From Centruroides vittatus (lineage: Eukaryota), in NCBI RefSeq assembly GCF_030686945.1, contig NW_027122681.1, positions 1,738,938 through 1,802,937 on the forward strand: 64,000 nt of DNA, in the 5' to 3' direction. Below, one piece after another: positions 37,501 through 49,955 of this stretch; position 1 is the first letter of the stretch; every line of letters starts with the position of its first letter. A program made the translations under genes and the position numbers. The notes beneath the pieces were generated by a model. That model was given only the letters and a program-made list of their open reading frames with translations. It made no database searches and was not told the origin of the DNA.

Positions 37501-38069
37501 GAGGATTTCCTATATTTAAATATAATTTCTTTGATGATTTATTATTATTAAAACAACATAAAAGGAAATAATTTACCATATTTTTGTGCATATAACCCAC
37601 AGGTTATTTGCATTTGATATACAGATTATATGATAGGGCAAACTATAGGCTAATTTTAAATTCAATTACAAACCTGTTAAATGTCTGTTCCTTCGTCTAA
37701 AGCCACCAAGAATAGTGCCAAACATTGGGTATATGGGTATCCATAACTATGATTAACTTTTTAGAAAATTACATGTAACTCATGCATGAACAATGAGCAA
37801 AATAATTTATTAAACACTTCTTATAATTTAACCTTTTTTCACTCTTTCCACCCTTTGAGCACAGAGATTCTTTTAATTGCATGCATTATGGGTCCGGCCA
37901 ATCGGAGAGAAATGAGGCCCAATGTATCTGGGATATACCATCTATGAAAAATCTCTGGTGTTCTCTGCTTGCATTCAATCCTTGGTCCCCAAGAGTGGCA
38001 GGCTGAGGCCTTTACTGCTCCAGTCACTGTCCAACACATTACATTGTATTAGGAGCTTGGAGCTAACAC

Positions 38070-38384
38070 CAGGGGCAGATCTAGGGGCCTAGGGCTTATT
38101 GAAGTCCTATGGGGCCCCATTTTTTGTTAGATTAAGAATCTTTAAATTGGGATTTAAAATTACAACTTGGTGACCTGACCTGACCAATTACGTTACATTG
38201 ATTACAATAAACAAATACTATAAATTATCATTATTATTAATATTAACCATTTTTTACTATATGATAGCTGCTCTTTGTTAATGAAAAAGTATTAAAAATT
38301 TATGATAATTCAAATTTTGCAGGTCCTTGACACTTGGGGGCCCAGGGTTTTAAGCCCTATTAGTCCCTATGTAGATCTGCCCCT
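38070..38384. mobile_element. hAT-like MITE of about 315 bp with an 8-bp TSD gctaacac, inserted into another dispersed repeat.
   Basis: TIR caggggcagatctaggggcctagggcttattgaagtcc vs the reverse complement at 38335-38384. gctaacac is duplicated at 38062-38069 and 38385-38392. The host repeat (37850-38069 plus 38393-38430) is homologous to 45240-45450, which lacks the insert. Confidence 0.6.
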
Positions 38385-39730
38385 GCTAACACTTCATACG
38401 GAGCACACTCTTCTCCCCGTAGCATTTTATAATTTATTAATAATAATACTATTTATTTTTGTCAATAATATGTCTATGGATAAGCATTTGTATTATTTAC
38501 ATGTGAAGTTTAATACATTCCTCTCAGATTTTTTTTTTGGTCATTTCCCATTTTTTATAATTGCATCTAAAATGAAGAAAAACAATATTCTAATGTTTGA
38601 CATGATATCTTATAAACACAATTTATAAGATACCATGTCAAACATCTACTAATACCATGATTTAAATGGCTACTCCAGAGTTGTGGGACATGTTTTGCAA
38701 AGTTTTTATTTTCATTCTAGCAATTTTCTGCAAGTTATATGCCATTGCAAGTTATACACACAAAAATACAGTACTTAATTTTGGTACATCATCATCAAGC
38801 AATAACTGATGTAATTCTGTATTTTGTTCCCATGAAGTTTCATGTAAATTAGTGTGTGAATGCAAATACCTCTTTTCGTTATTTTTATACCGATAACTGA
38901 AACATCAGAACTAGACTTTAGTCGGAATTTCATGTTAACAAATAATCTAAAGAAAGTTCATCATTTCTTCCAAAATCTTCCAAAATAAATGCTAACCATT
39001 TTAAATCACTGTAATTATATTAATTATTATTTGAGAGGTATGAGATACACACTAATCAATACAGTAACCATCAGAGCTTCGACTAGATTCTGAAAATATA
39101 CAGCATAAAATGCTGCATATTTACACAAACAAGTAGAATGTCAAAACAAGTACCAGAGTGTTTATTAGCAATTTTGTTTAAAGATATTGATTTTGGAACA
39201 TTATTTATATCAAGAAAATTCAAAGATGTAATTGAAAGTATTCCAAAAACATTAATATTCTACAATTAAAAGCTTTACTGGCTCAAATGTTTCAAGCATA
39301 TTTTGGTATTTTTGTAAAATTACAAAGTCCTTTATCAATTTTATTTGAGATTCAGAGTATAAAAGCTAAGAAACTGAAAATAAAAAATATTGCATTATAA
39401 TTAAATACAAATTACAGATTCTTTTTTCAATTACTGCATTGAAAATGGTTATTAAATTAAAGAAATAATTTATAGTAGCCCTTCAATTTAATTAACAGAC
39501 TTAAACAAAAAGTTATGAATTTTTCCTTTAGGATAGAAAATTTTTTTCTTTATGTATAGACCACACTAAAAGATTGGGCCAATAAGGCAATGAGTACAAA
39601 TTACTCAATATACATTATATTTTATTCATACATTGTAACATCTGATACGTTGTACAGTGGCATGTGATCCTATGGACAAAAAGCTCAATTGCCTGAGGCC
39701 TCCCATACAAATCTTTTATAAAAAAAAAAT

Positions 39731-40502
39731 ACAGTGGTGCCTCATATAACGTACTTAATCCGTTCCAGGTGCACGTCCGTTAAGTGAAACGTCCGTTATA
39801 CGAAACGCATTTTCCCATAGAAATACATGTTAAAAAATCTAATTCGTTCCGCAGCATAAAATAACCGTACTGTATCATAAAAAAATGAACATGGGGTGCG
39901 TTCTTTTATTCCTCCGCCTAACTCTGCGCGAGCGACATCCGTTTAAAAATTCCTGCGGAACGCGTTCCTAAATTCCAGTGGGAGTGCGCGCCGTCGAACG
40001 GCAAAAACGACCGCTTGTAGCAGTAGTTTTCGGTGGAAAGCAACATGGCGTCCTCCATGGCTCAGATAGTTTCGTTTCCGGGTCCATTATGTGGTTTTAT
40101 GAATAAGAATTTAGAAATTGTGAAAGCGCAAGTTAGCGCACGCGGGGATGTAAGTGTCTTTACGAGTTTTTTTCGAAGCTATTTTGAATGCTCTTTCAAC
40201 AAATAATCTATTTTATGGTTAAATTTTACAATTGGGACCCTTTTTTGCCTTTTAAAGCTCATATTTTAGAATTATAGATTCCTCCATCACGATACTATCG
40301 ATAGTGCGGGCGCCACCATCTTTCTTTCTTTCACCGTCGTTCCTAAATGCCTACAAACAGCAGCGCACTCCCATAGTAGCGGAGACGCAGAACGACCGCT
40401 ATTAAAGAACGCACCCATGGAGCAGTCACCAATTATGCCGGAAAGTCCGTTGTTCGCAGCCAGTCCGTTGCTCGAGGCATACGTTATATGAGGCACCACT
40501 GT
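39731..40502. mobile_element. Tc1-like non-autonomous element of about 770 bp with TA TSD, CAGTG termini and long subterminal inverted repeats.
   Basis: ta|cagtggtgcctcatataacgtac...gtacgttatatgaggcaccactg|ta. An internal inverted pair is gggagtgcgcgccgtcgaacgg / catggggtgcgttc...gaacgcacccatgg. The insertion is absent from the paralogous position in copy B of the duplication. Confidence 0.7.
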
Positions 40503-40863
40503 ATTCCCAAAAAATTTTCCCTAAGAAAAAAATGTCTGAAGTCAACAGGTAAGTAGAACCCCCTAATTCAAATCTGCCTGGACCCCATGAAGCTATAACA
40601 CACCACTGACGTTGTAAGTTCATAATTAATATGTGTATTTAAACATACTTGGTCTAACAGGCTTTAAGCAATAGTGGAACCCTTCACCCAATTGGTTTCT
40701 TAAATTGAGGACCTACCAGACTAAAAATAATTTCAATTCTCACTAGAATAATCAAATTTGATACAATTATATCTCCAATTCAAATTAATTCATATTAATT
40801 GTAGTATATTAATGTTACAATAAATTAAAATGAAAATATAATATATACTTTTTTCTCGTTTAC

Positions 40864-40920
40864 CAATAATTTCCTCAGAATCCTCAGCAATGGCTGAGTG
40901 TAATGTTGCAACTCTTTTAA
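40864..40920 (-). CDS. Second 57-nt exon, in frame with the previous one, encoding VKRVATLHSAIAEDSEEII(G).
   Basis: Intron gtatttttaagtatacaaatttagactttcttttataccatttttttaatgttttttttttccag|TTAAAAGAG. Donor ATTATTG|GTAAACGAG. The frame is continuous from exon 40986-41042. The copy-B counterpart has diverged (acceptor ccag mutated to ccgg). Confidence 0.45.
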
Positions 40921-40985
40921 CTGGAAAAAAAAAACATTAAAAAAATGGTATAAAAGAAAGTCTAAATTTGTATACTTAAAAATAC

Positions 40986-41042
40986 CTTCTGTAGGGAATA
41001 CTTGCACTGAGGAAAGTACTGTAGCAGGCATATCTTTATCCA
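40986..41042 (-). CDS. 57-nt symmetric (phase 1-1) exon encoding (V)DKDMPATVLSSVQVFPTE.
   Basis: Acceptor ttttactttcag|TGGATAAAG. Donor ACAGAAG|GTATTTTTAAGT. It is followed by a textbook 62-nt intron with a polypyrimidine tract. The paralogous exon at 48394-48450 keeps the frame with nonsynonymous changes (VNKDASATEPTSVQVFPTE). Confidence 0.5.
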
Positions 41043-42644
41043 CTGAAAGTAAAATAAATTAAAAATAGGAAATTAGAATTTATGTAATATTAGCAATAAA
41101 TTTCATTATACTGTATTGTAAACTAAAAGCTATTTACGTCCGATGACGTACATTGTAGTTTATATTCAAAAAATGGTAAAATCCCAAATAAAATATAACT
41201 CATCGAATTTGACCAAAAAGCTAAAAATCATAATTTAATTTTTAAAATTAACAAAGAAAAAACTTCATATGCATAAAAGTAGTTCAAGAAGTCATTTATT
41301 TGTGTTAGAATTAATGGAATAAGGAGCAATGCAACACTCGAGTTATCTGCTACGGGAGTGGTACCACACAGGATGAAATTCTATGGAAAACCAGCCCAAT
41401 TTAAGTGTTAGGCATGCGAAGAAAACCTGGAAAACAATACTGAAGGGTACAAACTAACAATCAACTACCAGTATTTGTGCTTTTGTGTAGTAAACTGTGG
41501 ATTTATTCAGGATAAAATGTTTTTCAAAATAGCAACACCTTATTGTCAGGTCCAACTGAAAGAACAGAATTTGAATAAAAATATCACCAGATTGTTCTAA
41601 AAAACTGTTTTCTGGCTTTTTGAACACACAGGCAATGTTGTTTTCATTCAAATTACATTCTTTCAGATTCTAGTTGGATCTAATAAAGAGATGTTGCTGC
41701 CATTGTGATAAATGTTTTATAGATTAAACTATCTTCTTACCAGATTACTGGAATGAATCACACACAATCAAGAACCTTTAAAATCCAGTAACATTTCATT
41801 AAAATTTGTGTTACTGAACTTTTAAGAACCTTTAATGTTTTATTCTGAATAAACCTGACTCCAAGGAATGGTTTATAGTATTTACACAGATTTGTTTGTT
41901 TATCTACAGAATCATTAATGTTAGAACATATTTTAAAACCTGGCCAGTGATTTAAATAGGGTTTGGCCAGGCCAGTGACTAGATGGCCAAGGAATGGCCA
42001 TCTAGTCATTGGCCTGCGGGCCCAACATATCCAGAATGGACCAACCTCAAAAATTTCCTGTTGTTTTTTTCACCCATCTGGATTTGTTTTTGGGTCATCT
42101 GTGGCAGTAGGCTGACACTTTAACCATTCAGCCGTCTGCCCATCATCAAAATACATTTATAATATACAACAAATTTTCTTGAAATACTTTTTCATAGCTA
42201 GCCATTATTACATCATCATCAAAATAAAATTGGTATGGACTGACTTAATTTGAGTGCAGTTGAATCTATTGCTATAGAAAATACATCTGGCAAGAATATT
42301 GATCTCTATAAAATATTTATATCAATAACATTTTTATTTTTATTGTTTGTACCATATTGACCTGCAAACTCGACTTCACAAAGACTGAGTAAACCAAGTC
42401 TCTGAAAATGACAAGTTTATAGTGACGACGCTAGTCTAAATATGGGGCTCCTACTCAAATTTTTGTTTTAAATTCCACGATTTTGATGACTTTTCCTGAG
42501 CAACTTTCTACAAATTCCGACCCTCACGTCCCCTACAGGATGGCACATTGACAAAATAAATCAGCATTTGACTTATTATGCACATATGCTATTGCTTCTC
42601 CAACTTTTTAGTTAGTTATTTTTTTTTTCTAATTAACAGTTATA

Positions 42645-43516
42645 CGTGGTACGATCCAAAAGTTCAGGGAATGCAGTAATCTATGACAACAAAAGCATGT
42701 ATTTGAGGTTACAGCATATAAAATGGATTCTACCAAACCTTATCTACGTGTTCAGGATAATTTCGCCCATGTCACGTGATTAAACCGCGAGCGCTGCCAT
42801 TTTTTTCCGGGGATAGTTACCTTTGTTTGGCGACGTAATAAAAGTGGAGTTTCAAGAACAACCCCCAACATTAAATTTTGTCAGCGTTTAGGTAAAACAC
42901 CTACGGAGACTTTAAAATTGCTAAGAAAAGTGTACGGTGATTCTACCATGGCGAAGTCGAAAATGTACGAATAGCATTGGCGTTTTAAAGAGGGCCGAGA
43001 ATCCATCGCAGACAATCAACGCTCTGGCCGACCTTCGATTTAACAGGATACACAGGTTGAGTTTATCCTGCAAACACATTGAGCATTGAGAGACAACTCA
43101 ACATTTTCCTCATTCTGTTAAATCGAAGGTCGGCCAGAGCGTTGATTGTCTGCGATGGATTCTCGGCCCTCTTTAAAACGCCAATGCTATTCGTACATTT
43201 TCGACTTCGCCATGGTAGAATCACCGTACACTTTTCTTAGCAATTTTAAAGTCTCCGTAGGTGTTTTACCTAAACGCTGACAAAATTTAATGTTGGGGGT
43301 TGTTCTTGAAACTCCACTTTTATTACGTCGCCAAACAAAGGTAACTATCCCCGGAAAAAAATGGCAGCGCTCGCGGTTTAATCACGTGACATGGGCGAAA
43401 TTATCCTGAACACGTAGATAAGGTTTGGTAGAATCCATTTTATATGCTGTAACCTCAAATACATGCTTTTGTTGTCATAGATTACTGCATTCCCCGAACT
43501 TTTGGATCGTACCACG
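42645..43516. mobile_element. Mariner-derived foldback element, copy 2. 872 bp, perfectly palindromic about position 43075, with a TA target-site duplication.
   Basis: ta|cgtggtacgatccaaaagttcagggaatgcag...ctgcattccccgaacttttggatcgtaccacg|ta. Each arm retains the mariner 5' end and translates to CQRLGKTPTETLKLLRKVYGDSTMAKSKMYE*HWRFKEGRESIADNQRSGRPSI. This is HTH_48-like (compare [25 protein letters not shown]), with an in-frame stop. Confidence 0.8.
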
Positions 43517-45239
43517 TATATATATATATATTTATTTATTTATTTATTTATAATTGTCAAATTATTCAAATTAAAAATTAAATGTTTTATTAAATTAAAG
43601 TAGTTTATCCTGTTATTAATTCACAACCATAAATCTACATGGCTTTGAAAAAAAGACACAAGCAATTATTTTATTATTCATTAACAAATTCTTTATAATC
43701 CATGTACAAAGTATATATTAAATTTATCCCTTAATACACTGGAAAAAAAATCAGAAATTGACATTCGCTTTGTGGTATTTTGCAGTGGCATCTTGGTAAT
43801 ATATCATATTCTTTGTTAAGACATGGAATTTATGCTATTTTCGACTGTCTCCAGAAAAGAATGACAACTTATTTAATCTTAACATTAAGTTGTAGATATA
43901 AAATTAGATTATACGTATTTCTTTTTTTTTTTTTTTTTGGACGACATGACAAGTTTTACAGAATGACAAGTTATTGAGAGTCGAGTTTCTGGGACTATAG
44001 TTTATTCTAGTTGTATATTTACAATTTAATGTTAAAATAATGCTGAAAGTAAAAAAACCGTCTAACAACATTACAGTGGTGACTTGTGCTTTTAATTTGA
44101 CTCATTCCAAGAAACCATTTAAAGTCCAAAGCAATTTTTTTCTATTAGAAATAACAAAGTGAGTTAATCCATTCTCTGACCCTAAATAATACTCATTTCG
44201 ATAAACTTAAAACGGCAAATATATGTAAGTTAAGGTAAAAATAACAATTGAATGCCCTAACAATAAAATATGTAAATACTGTCTAATAAAATGAAAATTG
44301 CATTTATTGGTTGCACACCATGAACTTTGACATCTTAAACATGGCTGCCAGATTTGCCACATATATTGCTTTCATGCTTTGCGATAAGTTACTTTTTCAT
44401 CTCAATTGTTGTTACAATCTACTTCTTAGATGTTGTGGTCAATAGGTACAAGGTGTATTGGGTTGAACAGAAAGTTTTTGTCAACTATTTTTAACAGCTG
44501 TCTTTACTTAACATAAATGTATGATTTAATTATAATAGTTGCAAAATTTAACACTATCGTAACACACTGTTCATACTGTTTTTTTTATTTGGATTTCTCC
44601 TGAAGATGAGTTATAATTTTGTCAAAAGTACTTGTGAATTTTACCATAATTAAATTTTAATTAATTTTAATAGAGAGTTTTTCTTTATTATAAGTTTAAT
44701 TAGTTTATTATTAAATATTAATTATTTATTATATAAATTTTTATTTATAGTTACAGAATTGCTAAATTAAATACTAAAGTTATCATCTTACAAGATCGTT
44801 TTCTAAATTCAGAACTTTTTGATTTCTCTCTGGTACGACCTATTCAAAAAATTAAATATACATTTAATAAAAAGCATTATCAAGTTTTACAGACAGACAT
44901 AATTAAAATAAGAACAATGAATGATGACGGAATTACAAATGCACATAATAATATAAACAAAATATAGGGAAAGATCAAAACACAGTGAACGACCGAATAA
45001 AAACTTGACATATTTTCATTAATTGCAGTTGAAATTGCTAAAAAAATTCTCATTACATGTGAATTATAATTATGGAAAACTGATCACTAACAGAAGCTAA
45101 TATAAAATTGCAAACAGACAAATAAAAATGGTTAGTGCAAACATCATTGAGTCTGTACAAACAAGAAGGAATTCAGGATTCTCATCCGTGTTAGCATATT
45201 TGAAATATGTTATGCATGTATAAATTTAAGAGGAAACAA

Positions 45240-45450
45240 CTTCAGCCAGGCTTACAATGAAGATGGCCAATTGGGGAAGAACAAAGCCCAACATATCTAT
45301 GATAAATCTCTGGGGTTCTCTGCCTGAATTCACTCCATGGTACTCAGAGTGGCAAGCTGATGTCATTACTGCCTTAGCCACCACCTGACTCATCAGACTA
45401 TGCGAGGAGCTTGGCCCAATTCTCTACGGAGCATATTCTTCACTGGTTGA
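45240..45450. repeat. Copy of the dispersed repeat that is also found, interrupted, at 37850-38430.
   Basis: agcccaacatatctatgataaatctctggggttctctgcctgaattcactcc...ggagcttggcccaattctctacggagca aligns to 37910-38069 plus 38393-38420. Confidence 0.45.
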
Positions 45451-46151
45451 ATTTTTAATTAATTATTATGTTACAAATATCATGCTCAGCTGGTACTGGT
45501 GCCAAGTGCTATGCTGGACTAAAATCAAAGTATAGCTATCCAAACAAATGTAACATTAAGCTGTGTTATTGGTATGTGTCAACATCTAGAAATTTCCTGT
45601 CAGTGTGGCATGTTCAATATTACAGCTTTCTGTAGTACCATGTATATGTTTTTATTAAGGTTTAATGTTTCTAGACTTTTGCATAGTATATGTGGTGTAA
45701 CACCAGTAGAAGAGAGGACAACAGATACAATAAATACCTTATCCATCCTCCACATCTGTCTTATTTCTTGAGCGAGTGGAGTGTACATGTTGATTTTTTC
45801 ATTGTGAGTATTTTTTGTTATGAGTATTTGGAATGGAGATGTCTATTATATAAGTGATCTTACTACATTTGTCAGAGTGATGTCGGGTCTATTGTGATGA
45901 ATTGTTTTATCTGTGATTATGACACTGTCGTAGTATATTTGTAGTATGGTAGATGGGTGTTTAATAATCTGTGCTTTTGTGCAAACTCTTGGTGTATTAC
46001 ATTTGCTATTTGATTATGCCTATGTAAATAGTCTGTCTGTGCTAAGAGTTTGCAAACAGAAGTTATATGTTGTATTGTTTCTGGCAGAATGTGGCATTTT
46101 CTGCAAGAGTCATTTGTTAGTGATGTATCCTTCAGGATGTGTTTTCTGTAG

Positions 46152-46565
46152 TTTTTATAGGGTACGTTCGTTAAGTCGAACGAGTTAAACGCATTAGTAA
46201 CGAATCGTTCGAAAAGTAGTAGTCTTGCTCAGTGCACATGCTCTGCGGTAATGACGTATCGAACGAAACTCTAACGAAGCTCACGAAGGAAAGAGTTAGT
46301 TTACTTCGTTAAGAAAATGGCGCCCGACGATATCGATGTTTCTAGATCTACTCGAGTGTTTAAATTGTGAATTAAAAGGTGAAATGATTGAAATAACTGT
46401 CCATCCGAAGTAACCTAAGAAAAATATTTTGGATAAAGCTGCACTAGCAACATTCATATCTTTGATTTTAGAAACAGCCATTTAGTTTAACGAATCGTTC
46501 GAAAAGTCTAACAAAACAAGAATAACGATGATGTCATTCTCGTTTAACTCGTTTGACTTAACGAA
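46152..46565. mobile_element. MITE of about 415 bp with roughly 33-bp TIRs and subterminal direct repeats.
   Basis: gggtacgttcgttaagtcgaacgagttaaacg vs the reverse complement of cgtttaactcgtttgacttaacgaacgtaccc. Internal taacgaatcgttcgaaaagt is duplicated at 46195 and 46488. Confidence 0.6.
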
Positions 46566-46849
46566 CGTACCCATAATTATTCTTAATTGACAAAAATAAA
46601 GCATTATTCTTAAACAGGTGTTTGTATCTTCCACACATGAAATTTGATACATTCCCTCTCAGTTTCCATTTCGTTTCATTTCACTTATTTTATAATTATG
46701 TTTATAATGATGAATGAACGAAGAAAAATGTTTGAGATGGTACCTTATAAACTGTGTAATAGTGCCATGGTTTCAAGAATTAATCCAAAGCTAATGGGTA
46801 TGTAGTGGGGTGGGTTCTGAACAAAAGTTTTTTCATATTTCTGTTGTAG

Positions 46850-49460
46850 AAATTTTTTGTGAACTGTATACCATTGCTGGTTACACACACAAAAATACGG
46901 TACTTGATTTTGTTACATCATCATCGAACAGTAACAAATCTATGTTCTGCTCCTATCAATTTTTATGTACTGTACATTAGAGCAGTGATCTCCAAACATT
47001 TTTGATTATGAACACCTAAGATGAAAATAATTATAAGTTGTACCCTCTGTATTACATTATAATTTGCTAAATTTCCACTATAAATACATAATTCCTGCTA
47101 AATTTCCCACTACCCGCACAATTTGAGTTTTTTCCATGTATGATCGCAAGTGATTGTGAACCTACTTCTTTGGGAGGATGAATAAGATTAGACAGACTGC
47201 AGACAGACACACATACAGTATTTTGAAGGAAAACTTGCCATACCCCATGGGATATGCATACCCCACTTTGGAAACCACTGCATTAAAGCATGAATGATAA
47301 TACCTCTCTTAATTATTTTTATAACAATAACTGAAACATTAAGTGTATTCTGAATATATTTAGATTTTTGCCTGAATTTAACGTTATCAAATAATGTAAA
47401 AAAAATTCAAGCAGATCCAGGAATGTATTTGTAAATATTCTAAAAGCATTAATCATTCTACAATTAAAAAGATTTTCTGGCTACTTAAACGTTTCCAATG
47501 TGTTTTGATATTTTTTGTAAAATTATGAAGCTACTTTGTTACATTATACTTTGAAATCTCAAGTAAAAAGCTATCAAAGCTAAGAAATTGAAGCAAAAAT
47601 ATTACTACATAATCAAATACAAATTAAAGATTTTTTTTCTCAGTTAATTTGAAATGTTTATTACATTAAAGAAATAATTTGCATCATTTATAGGAAAAAT
47701 TAAATACAGTAAACCTTTGATTTAACAGACTTCAGACTTAACAAAAAGTTATACATTTTTCCTTTAGGACAGAAAATTCTTTTTAATATTCATGTATAGA
47801 GCACACTAAAACATTAGGCCAATGAGTCAACAAGTATAAATTACTCAATATACATTATAACAACATTCCAATACATCCTGTATGGTGTAAGTTTGTAATA
47901 AGTATGTGTTTAAAAACCTATTTGATAGTGTTTTAAACCTATTACATTTAATAGACTTTCAGCAATAGTGGAACCCCTTCCCCTAATTAGTTTCTTAAAT
48001 CAAAGGCCTACCAAACTAAAAATAATCTCTCTTCTCATAAGAATAATTAAATTTGATATAATTATATCTCAATTCAAATTAATATGAATAATGTTACAAT
48101 AAATTAAAACAAAAGTGTAATATATACTTTTTTCTTCTTTCTCAGTGATTTCCTCATTGGCACTAAGAACTTCTAACCTTACTACAATTAAATTTGATAT
48201 AATTATATCTCAATTCAAATTAATATGAATTAACGTTACAATAAATTAAAACAAAAGTATAATATATACCATTTTCTAGTTTCTCAATGATTTTCTCATT
48301 GGCACTAAGAGAGAGTAACCTTCCTACAACCGGAAAAAAACCATTAAAAAAAATAGTATAAAAGAAAATCTAAATTTGTATATTTAAAAATACCTTCTGT
48401 AGGGAATACTTGCACTGAGGTGGGTTCCGTAGCAGAAGCATCTTTATTCACTGAAAGTAAAATAAATTAAAAATAGAAAATTAGAATTTATGCAATATTT
48501 ACAATACAGTATAACAAAATTTATTGCTAACTAAAAGCTATTTACGTCCGATGACGTACATTGTGGTTTATATCCAAAAAATGGTAAAATCCCAAACAAA
48601 ACATAACTCATTGAATTTGACCAAAACACTGAAAATCATATATTTTAATTTTTAAAATTAACAAAAAAAGAGAACTTCGTACGTGTAAAAATAGTTCAAG
48701 AATTCATTTATTTGGGACAGGATTGATGGAATAATGGGCACAATACAACACTTTGGTAATCTACCAACGGAAAGGTGCCACACAAGAAGAGTTTCTATAG
48801 GAATTCTGTCTCCTATTTACGTGTTAGGCAGGTGAAGAAAACCTGGAAAACTCTACAATTTCCAAGCTTTTGTATGTTTGTCGGTTGATTTCTTCCAGGA
48901 AGAAAGCAACCACCTTTTCATCCAACTTCACAAACTTGCAGCCAATAACTAATGTTTGTGGTTTTATGCACTTGACCACCGATTTATTTGGGACAAAATA
49001 TTTTTCCAAACAGTAACATCATCTTGTCAGATCCAACTAGTTTCAGAAAGAACATGATTTGAATAAAAACATTATTGCAAGAGTGTTCTAAAAACTTTTT
49101 TTCTGACTTTTCAAACACACTGGTGACATTTTAGATCTGATGAGATATTGCTGCTCTCTTGATAAATGTTTTATTCTGAATAAACCCAACTCCATAAACT
49201 ATTTGTAGTGTTTGGAATGATTTGTTTATCTATGGCGTCATTAACATTACATCCCATTTTAAAGCCCAGCCAGTGATTTATATAGGGTTTGTCCCAGGCT
49301 CATGACGACGTTGCCAAGTGCTGAAGGACAGGACTTCACTTATCCAAGTTGGGTTCCCCCAAAAAATTCTCAGGATTTTGACCCGTTTGGATTTGTTTTT
49401 GGATCATCCACAGCAGTAGGCCAACACCTTAACAGAATAGCTGCTTTCAACACTGTAGCT
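46850..49460. repeat. Segmental duplication copy B, the partner of 38690-42140.
   Basis: See copy A. Copy B contains the paralogous mini-exon at 48394-48450. Confidence 0.75.
48394..48450 (-). CDS. Paralogous 57-nt exon (VNKDASATEPTSVQVFPTE) in duplication copy B. The downstream partner exon appears degraded.
   Basis: Same acceptor and donor context as 40986-41042. The reading frame is preserved. The following acceptor ccag is changed to ccgg. Confidence 0.35.
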
Positions 49461-49699
49461 GCTCTCTACACATGTGTTACTGGTCTGCATAAGTACATTA
49501 TGGTGCCAACCCTGTCAGATACACCTGTATTTGTACATGGTGTATGTGATGGGGTTGATGCGATGATGTCATCACGCCGGGTACTTGCATGTGGATATAT
49601 CTGCATGTGGGTGGACCCATCTGGAGACAGATAGAGAAGCGATGTCTTGGTTCCTAAGACATGGGAAATATGTTTTCTGATGGTCTTAGACAACACCTG

Positions 49700-49955
49700 T
49701 GAAAGGGTCATTCGAACCCCAAAGGGTCGTGACCCACAGGTTGAGAACTGCTGATCTAATACCTTTCAGGGGAGAATTTTTGAATTGAAATACCATGATT
49801 TCCAGTTTGCATCAGAAGTTCTTATATAGTTAATTGGAGCTTCCTGCCCCTAAGGTTTCCATTTATGGTCTCATCTTTCATCTACCTAACTTGTTCGCAA
49901 GATTAAAATAAAGACGGACAGACAACAATGGGAATTTATAGGTCTACAATTTTTC
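49700..49955 (-). mobile_element. SINE-like retroposon, copy c. Its low-coordinate end carries a tRNA-like T-arm (GGGGTTCGAATGACCC on the minus strand).
   Basis: Homologous to 1255-1475 and 21340-21580 from agggtcgtg...gaattgaaat...taaggtttccat..atggtctc...gacagac...gggaatttata..tacag. Confidence 0.45.

Larger units (their letters stand above)
38690..42140. repeat. Segmental duplication, copy A of a tandem pair. The partner is 46850-49460.
   Basis: Long collinear homology: 38700-38900 vs 46860-46960 and 47270-47350; 38900-39610 vs 47290-47880; 40560-41650 vs 47870-49140; 41940-42130 vs 49260-49450. Copy A carries a MITE insertion at 39731-40502. Copy B has an insertion of about 300 bp at 46975-47278 and an internal 150-bp tandem duplication at 47990-48330. 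Confidence 0.75.

Noticed and set aside
49302-49634. 110-aa plus-strand ORF in a locally GC-richer patch
   Set aside because: The paralogous segment in duplication copy A (about 42040-42130) does not preserve the ORF, and there are no splice or promoter signals. It is likely chance or a TE remnant.
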